In this document: one piece after another, positions 34,401 to 46,341 of the stretch
How positions within the stretch are numbered: the stretch's first letter is position 1
Layout: every line of letters starts with the position of its first letter
Assembly: GCA_000708835.1 (NCBI GenBank)
Contig: DF237185.1
Location: 6,024-70,023 of the forward strand
Source of the DNA: Klebsormidium nitens
Taxonomy: Eukaryota; Plantae; Klebsormidiophyceae
Direction of reading: 5' to 3'
Length of the DNA stretch: 64,000 nucleotides
Translations under genes and position numbers: made by a program
Notes under the pieces: model-generated
The model's database searches: none
What the model saw: only the letters and a program-made list of their open reading frames with translations
Told to the model about the DNA's origin: nothing

Positions 34401-37400
34401 GGAAACGGCGGCACAAAGGAAAGCACTTGGCAATATTTTAAAGCCGCAAAGAAGACAAAAATGATTCCCTCTCACCTCTGCTAGTGCATCTTTAAAAAAT
34501 GCACCCCTGACACAACATGGATCAGAATACTTTTGCGCGTAGCGCCATCACGCTCGTCTGACGGGGTTTGGCTGCTAAGCAGACTTTCAACGGTGGTTAG
34601 CAGCCAAAACTGGAGCAAACTGGATAAAAAGAAAGAACATCCCGCTTTCTCACCTCTGCCAGTGCTTTTCCAGGAACTGCACCCCCAACAAGACGTGGAT
34701 CAGGTAGTTCGCGCGCAGCGCCGTCATGTGCTCGTGACAAAGTCTGCATTCTTTGTCTTGCTGTGTAATTGGAAAAGTTCGGCAGCAACGGTGAAAATAA
34801 AGAATACACCTGTCCTCACCTCTCCCAGTGCTTTTCTAGGAACTGCACCCCCGACAGAATGTGGATCAAGAAGTTCGCGGGCAGTGCCGTCACGCTCTTC
34901 TGACAGGGTTTGCAGATTTGTAACAATGGTTAACAGCCAAAACTGGAGCAGCAAAGAATAACGAAAGAACCTCTTCTATCTCACCTCTGCCAGTGCTTCT
35001 CCAAGAACTGCACCCCCGACACGACGTGGATCAGAAAGCTCGCGCGCAGCGTCGTCACGCGCTCGTCACGGAGTCTGTGTTGAAAACTTGGAAAACAATG
35101 ATGCAAAAGAAGAAAACATCTGTTCTCACCTCTGCCAGTGCTTCTCCAGGAACTGCACCCCCGACAGAATGTGGATCAGAAAGTTTGCGCGCAGCGCCGT
35201 CACGCGCTCGCGCCCCGCCAGCCCGCACAGCAGGTGGCAGTACATCGCCTGCCGCGCGTCGATCGTCGCAAACACTTCCTTGGGGCTCAGCGTTTTCGCC
35301 AGCTCCAACGTTTCAAAGTTCTTCAGATGCGGCGGAGCCCGAGAGTGGTGCCGCTTCCGGCGGTGAGCCCTCCGGGCAGCGGCGTCTCGGGGCCGACGTG
35401 GACGAAAGCTAGGATGACGTCCTGGGGTTTGTCACCGTATTGCCTGCCGGACATGACGTCACGGGAAACGTCAGTGTACGGGATGCCAGTTCGCTGGAAT
35501 ACTCACGAATTTAACAGGTCTCCAGGAAAGGTTTCTCGGCTGACGTCGGACGAAGGTCAGGATGACCTGGGGCTTATCACCGTATTGCCTGCAAGAGATG
35601 ACGTCACGGGAAACATCAGCCTGCTGATTACCAGAGAGTAGGGACACTGAGAACGTTTGACTACCTGTCGAGAAACAAAAGGTTTCTCGAACGCGGACGA
35701 AGGTTAGGATGACCTGGGGCTTGTCACCGGATTGCCTGCAAGAGTGACGTCACGGGAAACGTCAGCCTGTTGGCTACGAGACTGTGGAACACTGATGTCA
35801 GATGGATTCAGTTTCCGAAAGCCGAGGTATCCGGCCGACGGAGGCGAAGATTAGGATGACCTGGGGCTTGTCGCCAGTAGTGCCTGCCGGAGTGACTTCA
35901 CGTTGTGCGTCAAGTGAGAGGTCAACGTCATTGCATGAATGTAAGCAATAGCTCTGTCGGGCAATCTGGGAAACATCTTGTTTTGGAGAGAGGTTTCTAA
36001 GGGGACGGGCGGAAGGGACGACATACTTGAGATACCCGACGGTACTGACCAGAATACACTTGAGGTCGAGGAAAGCTTCAGCTTCATCGAAAGGGAGCAA
36101 TGACGGATTTCACGGAGGAGAATCTTGAACCCGGCAAAGAAGCTCAAGGTCACCTGAAGCTTGTCGATGCCGAACCTGGTCTGGGGTGGCATCACGGCTT
36201 CAACAAATGCAGCAAGTCGGCCTTTTCAGACCCCTTGGAGTCTAACGCGAGACCTACTTATGCCCGATGGAATCCAGCGAGGATTGAGGTTACTCAGTGG
36301 CATTGCCACTCAACAACTATGTCAAAACCAGGGCCGACTGCTGCCAGTTGCCTTGAAGTCTATAAGCGCTGGCCTGTTGTAATTCTGAACTCAAAGATCG
36401 AAGAAGCAGAGCAGACAATAACAAGACTACTCAAGGAAAGTCGATTGGTTTTGCGAGTTAGCTCTCCGCTCGGACAGAAAGTTGTAATCCTTCCGCTTCA
36501 AACTTCTTGCATGGGCATGAAAGTTCAGGGTGCGGTGTCTCACTTCTGCATGATCTCCTCAAAGAGGTTAAAGGGCATTGCATTGCGCATCATGGATCCC
36601 GCTGTTTTCAGAATCCTTTTTTGGGTGCCTTTGGAGCTGCCCGACCTGAAAATAGAAAAAGCCAAGGTTCTGTCCAATCACCAAAGCTGAATAGAATATT
36701 ATTGAAGGAGTAGTCTAAGATTCGAGGCGCACGTTTCTACATACCGGCGTGAGAATGGCAACTCCACTCAAGGCGCACTTTGTTCACAGGCGCGGTATGG
36801 TTGAAACTTGTATCCAACTGATATCATTTTCTTGCAGCAAAGTACGAAGTCGACAAAGTGTGATTGCTTCTCACATGACATGAGAGTGGAAGCACAGAGC
36901 AGAAATAGGACTGCTGGTACCTTGACAATATAACAATAACAATATTTTGATCAACTTACATGTCAGTCCTGGGGTCGCAGTTTGTTGATCCAAAAACGAA
37001 GGCACTGCTGCCTTTGAACAATTACAGCGCTTGCCACAGCTGCATCTTGTACAAGATCATTTAGCCGCTCTTTGATCTCTCGACTCCACTAGAAGTTGCA
37101 AACTTACAGATTACGCGTCTTCAGCTGGGTTGTCAGGTGCATAGATAGATGATACTTTCAAAAAGCAGACGACGTGTGATTGGCATTTGATGATAGGTTG
37201 GTCTACTTACGTGAGCATGTACCCAACAATCGGCTCAGCACACAAGATCTGCTTCCCAGTCTCCCTGCTCTCGCCGGCCACCTCCCGCTCAATGTACTCA
37301 GCATAGTCCTCATAACGAGTCACGGGGTGGCGTCTCCGAAACTCTTCCACACTCGTTGAACCGTTGATCTCATACCTGACAGGACAGACGAGACCTCTTT

Positions 37401-38496
37401 GAAAACTGACATTCAGCCGATGGTCAGGTGCCAGTGTTTCGCTTCGTACTTGTTCCTCAGCAAGCCAACTAGACACTTAGAGCTCCAACTTAGCCCTGCA
37501 GACTGTAGCAGGAAGGAATTCCCGGGGAGTTTTGGCCCATCTGCCACCAATCAAAGGAGAACCTCTTCGGACGAGACCACTCCTTCCCAAATGCTACTAG
37601 CCTTGAAGGTGAAGGCCAGAGCCTAAGGGAGAACTCTCCTCAAAGTACGTGCGAAAGGCGTTTCCTACCCCCATCGGCATCTATTCGCTAGATAAAGCTA
37701 GCTAGAGCTTGCCAATGTCTGCAATCAACACCATTTCGAAGCACGTTGACAATCTTTAACGTCCTTGATCAACATCGGGCAGGCCCTGTCTTGTAGTAGG
37801 CTCACGTAAAGTCAAGGTGGCATTGAGTGGCCAACCTAGTCAACAACCATACTTGTTGCTTTAAAGATGCAACAGATGTGCATGTTCACGGTTCTCTTCT
37901 CGCACAAGCTATGAATCTGAAGCAAACAACAAATTAGAAGCATAACGTTCTTGAGCATATGGTCCATTGTTTGAGTGCGTCACTCCAGAGATACGAGTGC
38001 TCCATTATGGTCAAGGATTGGAAAACAATCATCCAGATTGCAAGCCATCCGCAATGGAAACCTCTGATCAACCAAGGCACTTCGCCATTCTGCATACTTT
38101 TGTGCCACAATTAGGAGAAGCTTGCAAGTCAGCCTCCGTCATTGCTTACTTGTTCAGATACTCAGTCTTTTCGTGCAGCTTCAAAGTTTCTCGAAGCGCT
38201 CTTCCCTGCACTGACTGGACATTGTTTCCGTCTGCCTCCAGCTCCGCTAGACCGTATGGTGGGAACGGGCTAGTCTGACCAGTCAACCCATGTGAGTTGG
38301 CCTCTTTGTCAATGGACAGCGCTTCTTTTGACTTCTTTTTGGAAGCTGGACTGCTGGGACGACCACTGGAGTTCTGATCAGAAGGCTTTTCTTGTAGTCC
38401 CTCCTTTGCTTCTCTGGCGGCATTGTTGTTAGAAGTTACTTTCTCATTAACAAAGTTATCTGAGGGTCTCTCAGCAACTGCAGAAGCGGCAACCAT
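31483..38496 (-). CDS. GH3: GH3-family acyl-acid amido synthetase (apparent 1-nt frameshift in exon 4)
   Basis: Exons 38496-38150, 37375-37211, 36645-36544, 35443-35130, 33520-33282 and 32279-31483 join in phase. Motifs: QGRALRETL…TEYL, PVTRYEDY, TSGSSKG, SPKEV…DARQAMYCHLLCGL, YAASE, YELVLTNVSGLYRY, QYKVPRC. The frame breaks at about 35325 (…CGC ATC TGA AG versus CTG AAG AAC). Confidence 0.9.
34470..35210 (-). repeat. Five tandem copies (about 140-180 bp spacing) of the GH3 exon-4 3' end + splice donor
   Basis: On the + strand, CTCACCTCT(G/C)C(C/T)AGTGC recurs at about 34472, 34650, 34816, 34980 and 35125. Confidence 0.9.
35410..35930 (-). repeat. Four tandem copies (about 147 bp) of the GH3 exon-4 splice acceptor + 5' end
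   Basis: On the minus strand, cag|GCA(A/C)T…GACAA(A/G)CCCCAG…GTCATCCT starts at 35443, 35588, 35735 and 35883. Confidence 0.9.
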
Positions 38497-39291
38497 AGTG
38501 GTGCGTATTCACACACTCCGCTGTACAGCTTGCGCTTAGTTCCAAGCACCTGCCGCCGTAGGCTGGCCGCAGACTGTGCAGGGCGCCCGGATGTCTGAGT
38601 AAAACACCCAGCACTTTGGAGTGGTGGCACAGCTGGGAGAGACGGCCTGACAAAAGCGGGATATGGACCCTGTGGATGCGCTTCTAGTGCATTTGATCAG
38701 GTAGAAGCGCTCTTCCTAGGGACCGTGGCAGAAGCTAGCCGGCTGACAAGAAGATGACACGCCCAATACTGGACTAGCTACGTCCTGACTTGCTCCTTCC
38801 CACTTTCCAGAGGCTGAGCCTATCTCCATCATGCAGATATCCTGAACTTGTGGAGCAACAGTGCCAACAGTGCGTCAGCTCTTTTCAAACAGCATGCCCA
38901 TGCCAGAGGGGGAAGTTTAAAAGGCTAGTCACGTTAATGTTGTCGATATAAGGTCGCAGACTCGACAAACTTCTCGTCATTGAACTTTTTAAGCTTCCCC
39001 CTTCAACTATTAAATGATATCAGATATCTGGGCAGGCTGCTCGCAAAGAGTGGCTGGAGGGAGGCTCGAAAAGACCAACTCTGAGCCGTCCGATAGATTC
39101 AACTCGGTGGTTAGCAACTTAGCACCGTCCATTGTCCAGGTGCACTCGCGAGTGCAGACGCCCACTTTAAACGATGGCCTCATACCTACCGGTAGTAGCC
39201 TATTACCTAGGCTAGGAGCGAAGCACACAACCAGAAGCACTGCAGTAGTCAGCATTTTTTCGAGATCAGGTCGCAAGAGAAGGCAATCAGC

Positions 39292-42200
39292 ATGTTTTCT
39301 ACAAGCAGCATTGCTCCTGGAAGCTTCAACACCCTAACAGATCTGTGTCTTTCCAGCAAACGTCCTTCGCATGCACTTAAATGCATGCAAGGAAGGTCTC
39401 AAACCGCTCAGACGGCTTTTGGCGCGCAGTTTTCCTTAGAGTTTCAAGCTGGCTGGAGGTCTGCCCGTCCCTCCTGCATTAAAGCAGGCTCTCGTTTGTC
39501 TTCTTCAGCTGCTTTTATCAAGAAAAGATGCAATCGTAGTTGGGTGCAATCAGACGAGCGATTGCTTGGTGGGTTTGAGTTTGGACGGCAAGGGGACCTT
39601 CTTACAAGAGTGTTGAGAAACACAGAAAGGTTGAAGTACGCAGAAACCCGCGGTAGGAGAACTAGCATGGGGAGCACAAGAGCTGCAGCCACTGGCTCCA
39701 AGGACGACAACATTCTGCTAGTGGGGGCAACAGGGGGAACTGGCGGGTAGGGCCACTTATAGCTGACCCATCATACCCGAACCGAGTGTTTTGCTGGAGT
39801 TGGTAGCTGCATGCATTGCAGGTGTTGCGGAGTTGGCAGAATATTCAGCGGTTTCATTTTGTGCTCAGAATTGGAATGGAGACAAAGCTGTACTTCGGGA
39901 GTGTGATCACCTGTCAGTGAAATGTACAGGAAGGAATGCAACATTGGGCTACATGTTCAAGATTCCAGTTCACACCACATTGAGTTTGTCAATTGAGTTT
40001 GTGCTGCCGTTGATGTAAGGGAACTAGCTGCACCTTGGTGGACTTGTTACTGCCAGGCACGGCGCCACAATGCAAGCTAAGCAATTAGGATACCTTCTGA
40101 TGCCATCAAATAGTCAAAAGGGGAGTACAGTCAGCTGGGGCATTACTTCTCTTGGGAGTGAAAAGTCTTTAAGATCTTATGATTTGATTTTTGAACCTTT
40201 GCTCCGTTTTGTCTGCAGCTCAGTTTTGGACGGCCTCCTTGCGTCCGGCATATCCAGCGCCTCCTTGCACGTGCTGTCAAGGAACCCAACCGGGAAGGGG
40301 GCGCAAGCATTGGCCACCAGGGGGGTCCATGTGGTGACTGGGGACTTGGATGACGAGGCGTCTGTTAGAGAAGCAATGAAAGGTTTGCAACAGTCTGCAA
40401 CAGCCAAGGAATCAGGCAAAATGTGAAGAGAGATGTTCTAGCATTGCCAGCTCAGCAGTTTGAAGGATGACAAATGAACAAGGGGAAGGATGTTTTCTTA
40501 GGAGGAATGGACGTGATCGTACTGTTTTGTTCTAAAGCCTCCATGGAATATTTGTAGTTTTCAGAGACCTGAAAGAGGAGGCATCTGTGCAAAAAGGGGG
40601 TAAAAAGTTCAAATCCTGACCGCACGATTGTATTAGATGAAGGTATGTTTTCGGATTGTGTTTCTGGTATGTCGACGATGTCCATGTTCTCGACTTGATG
40701 TGTCTATAGAAGCTTGAGAAAGTGCGTCAATAATTACCTGTGTCCCGTTGATGAAGCTTGCAAACTCCTCCCAGTATCTTGTTGCCCTAATTCGAACCCA
40801 CACTTTCGGGTACGAACTTTAGCCCGAGGATGTGCTTTGCAGGTTCATTTTACTAGGATTACCGATCCACTTCACGAGAAGGTGTGCCTGAACACACAAA
40901 GCATCAAACCGAAAGGATTTTTCAGGTCTTTCTTTGTCATGGCAAGTGAAAACTGACGTTTCTTGATGGTGCAGGCATGCGTGCTGTGTACTGTCATGCC
41001 ACGAGTAAGGACGCGGCCAAAGCGGACCCGATCGGCGACATACGGGCCGAGAAGCTGGCGCGCGCCGCAAAGGATGCGGGCATTGAGCACATAGTCTACA
41101 ACAGCTCTGGTGGGTGTTTCAGCTTTGACGTGAAGTCCCGTTGTGCACCCACTAAAGCCACCTGGTTGTTGGATCCTTTTTCGTTTGCCCCGTTACTCAT
41201 TTCAGCAGGTTCAAGTTCATTGACTACGATCGTGATATATGGCCCTTCGACCTGGAACAAAGCTTTGGTGCTGAAGAAAGTGTGAGCATCTGGGGCATGA
41301 TCAGGAAAAACGGACAACACTCAGCTATAGCGTTGGTTCTTCAGTCGACAAATAAAAATAATGTAAATCAGGAGGTATGCAAAAGGTGTCGCCTTCGCCT
41401 TTATGTCGTCCTCGTGCTTTAAGAACACTTTCAGATGAACCAAAGTACCACACAAAACCTAGCCGAAGTCTCCTAGCCTTCAGCTGGATGTGAACTCAAT
41501 AATCGATGTGAGTTCATTTGAGGGGTCGACGAATTTTATTGCAGATGGTCGGGGCGTAAAAGCAAACAGCTTTCAACGACCAGAAGGACGACGTGGAAAA
41601 CATTTCAGGAATGCTTTTTCAGTGAAGAATCCGGAATGATCACGCGTGAATGCCCTCTCTCAAGCGATCAGGGCGCAAGTACATCATATCTCAGGTCGAC
41701 CAAATCCATCGCATCGGAAAGTCTCTCTTGTGTTGGTTCATGCGAATTTCTCTTCGGGGCGCCAAACACGAAGGTTTCTCACGTCGACTAGAAGCGCCAT
41801 GTTGAGGCATCCCCTTGACCCATTCGTGCACAGGAAAGACAGCTTACAAGGTGTGCGCTTATTTTTGTACAAATAGACCACATTTTGAGGTGTGAATACC
41901 CTCTTCCAGGCGGTCGGGGCGCCAACACGAAGATCTCGCAGGTCGACCAGAAGCACCACATCGAGGACATCTTCGTCGAATCGGGTATTCCCACCACCAA
42001 CCTGCAGGCGGTGCTCTTCATGGAGGAGTTTTGGAAGGTGACGACGCGGCCGGCGATTCAAAAGGTGAGCATCTTCTGAGGTTTCAACAGAACTTTCCTT
42101 AGGATTGAGGTTGGTGGAGGTTTAGGAAGGAGAGAGGCACCTGAGAAGAATTGCTATTCATGGGGGAGTTGTGGGATGTCGCAACGGGGACAGCCAGGGT

Positions 42201-44609
42201 ACAAGTGAGGTTTTGTGACGTCTCAGCAGTTTGTTCTCAGGATTGGGTGGGGCTTGAAGGAGGTTAAGCGAAGGAGGAAGGGAACGATCCGAATTGCAAG
42301 CGTACTTTATGGACGACTTTGAACTGTCCGGGGGCGGCCGGCCAATCAGAGACTGAGCCTTTTCACGCTTTCAGTTGATCTTCCCTCAGGACTAAGTTCG
42401 GGGGGAAGGAAGGTCCAGCATATGAGGAAAGGAAGAAGCGGAAAGAAAAGCGTGATATTCAAAACATAATTGGTCGCCCAAAGCCGAGCCGTTTGCAAGG
42501 TTGAGCCTTTTGATAACGGAAGTTTCTCGTTCCAGAACCGCGATCGGCAGTAAGGGAAGGCTGGACAGGGAAAAAAACAGAATTTCGGAAGGTCGCGATG
42601 CATTCGGCCGTTCTCACGACTGGGCCAGGCTCTTCGGGCAGGGTTCGGAGGAACGATCGCAAAGGGTGGGAGGCAAGGAAGGGCGTACATGGACTTCTGG
42701 AGCTTATCGAAATTCTGAGAAATCACCACTCGGCGGGTTGACGTCACCTGAGCATTTGTTGCAAAGCCTAAGGGTCTTCTTCTCATCTGGCCGCTCCCTA
42801 AAAGTGCTGTCTGCTTCACCACTGAGCTCCGGTTGGCCTGCGAAGAAACAAACGGAGTCGTGACAATCTTTGCTAGCGTGTCCAGTTGCTCGTAGTCCGT
42901 GTGACGTCAGCCGACAAGTAACGCGGCTCGGATTAAAATATCCCCGAAGAGCAGAGTATGCCCTTGAGGATCGCCCAACTCTAACACGGTGTCTAGGTTA
43001 CTCAATCAGCATAATGGCAGCCAGTGTCAGGAGGACCGCTCACAGCTCAAGTGCAGCGAACCGAACCCCGAGGAGTATGACGTCAGCAATGTTAGTGGCA
43101 ATCTTAATCTTTACACGCCTCATTCGTACTGCAGGGAACATTTCCGTTTAGCATGCCCGCCGACAAACCCCTTCAGCTATTAGCGGTTAAAGACATGGGC
43201 CGGGCTGCGGGGACCGCTCTTCTGAAGGTGAGCCGTTGAACGGAGGAACCAGGCAAATGCTAAGAGACGGATTCGACGGCCAACTTTGCTGTTCTGAGAA
43301 TTGTCTCTTCGAGGGAAATTATGCGGATGCTGAGAGCCCGGGGTCGAAGGTCAGCGTCAGTACAGTCGCACAAGGGTCTGCAAGTGAAAACTCTGATGCG
43401 AAACTTCCTGGATCAGTGTTGAAAAGGAGGTTGAGATACGACTTGTCGAAAGGTGTTTTGCGTTATGGTTGAATGCGGGCAGGGTGTTCTGGACCTTTTT
43501 TGCGTTCCGTTGACGCTCGTCCGCTGATGCAGCCGGAAGAGTACGCCGGAAAGTCGCTCGAGTTGGCCGGCGACGAGTTGACGCCACGTCAGCTGTGCGA
43601 GGAATTCTCACTTGCGCAAGGGGGATCCCCCGTCAAGCAGCTCAGCCTGCCGCGGTTCCTGTTCTGGTTCTTGAACAAGTGAGTGTCTTCCATACTGTGT
43701 CTTCTTCGTCTTCCGCTTTGCCCGTTTTGCACGCCAATGAGCTTCCAATCTGCAACCGTTTTGTTGGTTCGTCTTGTCTTGAAGGAGTGGATATTGAAGG
43801 AGTGAGCCAATCGCAGGGTGACGTGTGTCAGATAATCTGATGATGCCAGATGACCGGAGAAATGAGCTTGATGAACCAGCTCCATCTGCCGCACCTTTGT
43901 TCTGAACCGGCCTGGGCCAATCACTGAATGCCACGTGGAAGCCAAACCTTACGACCCCGTTCCAGTTTGCCCCTCCCCTTCCGGCTCGGTTCCTGACCGA
44001 TTGTGAAAAGAAGCTCAGCCTGCCGCGATTCTCCGTAGGAGTCTGACCATTAGATAAGCGACACGTATCACGACATTTTCACAAAGAAAAAGCGTCCGTC
44101 AAGTACCTCAGCTTGCCGCAATTGTCCTCTTTCGAAGGGGTGTCCGATCACGACGGGACCACATTGAGACATGACTTCTGCTAAGTAGCTCGGCTTCTGC
44201 TCTTGATACGAAGAGAACGTGGTTCTGCGGTTTATCTGCTCACCATTTTCCAGTGATCCAAAATAAACATCTCGTAACAAATTCTTGAGCATACTTTCAG
44301 TCTATGATTCGAGCAGCGTTCAGAGCTTTTTGCCACACCCTTGTCCAGAAGTCAACTTCGTCTTATCTGAGCGTAACGTAGTTTGAACCAGCCCAACGCA
44401 GCCCAACCCAGCCTAGCCTAATCCATAATCTCGTGCTTCATCGCAGGGACTTGTTTCGAATCATCAAGTTCCTGGCGGAGACCGGATATTCCGCGGAAAT
44501 CGACGACTGCCGGGCGCGTTTCCCGGGCATGCTGACGTTCCGGGAGTTTCTAAAGCTCACAGATTGGGGCAACTCCAAACGGACGTACGAAGGAGGCTTC
44601 CGATACTGA
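39292..44609 (+). CDS. NmrA-like NAD(P)-binding (atypical SDR) protein with probable organellar transit peptide
   Basis: In-phase exons: 39292-39746, 40219-40382, 40975-41109, 41910-42064, 43135-43227, 43533-43678, 44447-44609. Motifs: ILLVGATGGTG, GDLDD, IVYNSSG, QKHHIE, LQLLAVKDMG, LELAGDELT. The start codon is uncertain. Confidence 0.9.
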
Positions 44610-45629
44610 ACCTTTCGTTCAAACCAGTAGGCGATTGACACGCGGCAATGATGAGTTGCGGAGTTGGCCTGTCCCAGCTAAGCCAGAGGATAACTGATTT
44701 TGACACTGTAAGATATGTATTATATCGTGATTACGTTTCGGAAGCCGGGCTCACAAGCGAGCTCTGTCAGTGTGCTCCCACTGGACTCTACGAGAAGCGA
44801 TTATTGGCTTGGCAGACGTCGGTAAGACGTGTTCGTGTCGGGCCGCCACCAGTCGAAGCAATGGTTCATCTAACGAACCAGCCGCGCTTTGAAGGCAGCA
44901 TCCTCTTAACGGTTCAATGTAAGCTGGGTTTCTGACATGCGCCCGGCCATGACTTACAGCCGGCCGAAAGCAAACGATGGACAGGCCCGGATGCTCAGCA
45001 TTGATTCTTGAAAGCGATTCAGCAACTGAAACATGCGAGCCGCCCCATTATTAGCTAGCTGTAGGCTGGCCCGATACAACCGGCCAACTTTCAGTGGGAC
45101 CGCTGACGATCGAAAGATTCCGCTACTGGTGATCCGACACGATCATTGCATGCGTTGGCTCTGCATGATTGGTTTCCCCTAGCCTCCCAATCAAATATTA
45201 GTATAGAATATTGATTACAACGGGCCGGGCCGGCTCAGTCACCGTGACCAATGACCCTCTTATATGATTCAATCTCGTAACGTAAATGGTAAGTGCAATT
45301 AATATAGAATGGCACACCACTATGGTGTAGCTGACTCAGTGAGGGCCACCGTGACATGGCGTTAATTATCGAATAGCATACTGAGACTCAGCTTGGATTA
45401 AAAATTAATTTGGATAACATGTCGATCAAAAAGGGTCGGAGAGATGCAGCAGAGAGCCATCATGCGCTTCGCTATGAATGCTCTGTCGGAGGCCGCGCGC
45501 AGTCGATGTCATTTGCATGATTGCTGCTGTTAATGCCAGCCTTGCGTTACTTGGTATATTCTCTAGTGTTGGTGCAAGCCGTCACTGTGGGACGTACTAC
45601 AGCGCTGTAGTGCACCCAATGCGTAAAGA

Positions 45630-45827
45630 CTTCGATAACTCTCGTGTGACCTAAGAGCCGTGTGACCTAAGATAGGCACCCGGAGGACGGGTGGGGTTGG
45701 TACGGTGGTTAGGGTGGGTTGGGGTGCGGAGCGGGTGATTAATTGGGTTAGAATTTTAGTTTGAAGTGCCCGGGTTACTCGTATCTTAGGTCACACGCCC
45801 GTTAGGTCACACGAGAGTTACCGGTAT
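45630..45827. mobile_element. Small inverted-repeat element with G-rich core and a possible 10-bp target duplication
   Basis: About 40-bp inverted repeats at 45636-45675 and 45781-45820 (TAACTCTCGTGTGACCTAA…). TGCGTAAAGA is directly repeated at 45620-45629 and 45828-45837. Confidence 0.65.
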
Positions 45828-46341
45828 TGCGTAAAGAGGCCCGCAGCATTTGCAATCTAGGCGCCTGCCTTTGCACCGCGCGCCGCGGGCATGACTAAAA
45901 CCTCAGGCTGTATCAAGATCCATGCACGAATCTGCTAAGTTTGTCTTCGAATCCGCTCAACTCGTCTAGGACATCAAACAGAACACTTCCTCTCGTATTT
46001 GTCATCGAACAGAATCAGGTTGTCTATTCGAGATCAAATAGCAAAGTTTATCCGCCTACTCGTTCTAGCCCTACTGTTGCCGCGTTCGCGTCGGTTCGCA
46101 AGCGTGCTCGTTTCTTGTATTATTGAAAGTGCGAACAACTGGGGACTTCTGACGCTATCCGGTCCAACCGGCCATGTGAACGGCCCATGGGTAGTATCCC
46201 AGCAGATTGACCTGATAATTACGTTTGTACAAATATTACTACCTTATTATTGTATCTAATACAGCAGTAATACTTGATGCTCATGTTTCAGCTATGCCCA
46301 GGGTTACTAGATTGTCATCCGCTGCTAGTTACTCATTCAAA

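Noticed and set aside
36100-36690. 196-aa plus-strand ORF
   Set aside because: Antisense to a GH3 exon and intron, with no recognisable motif.
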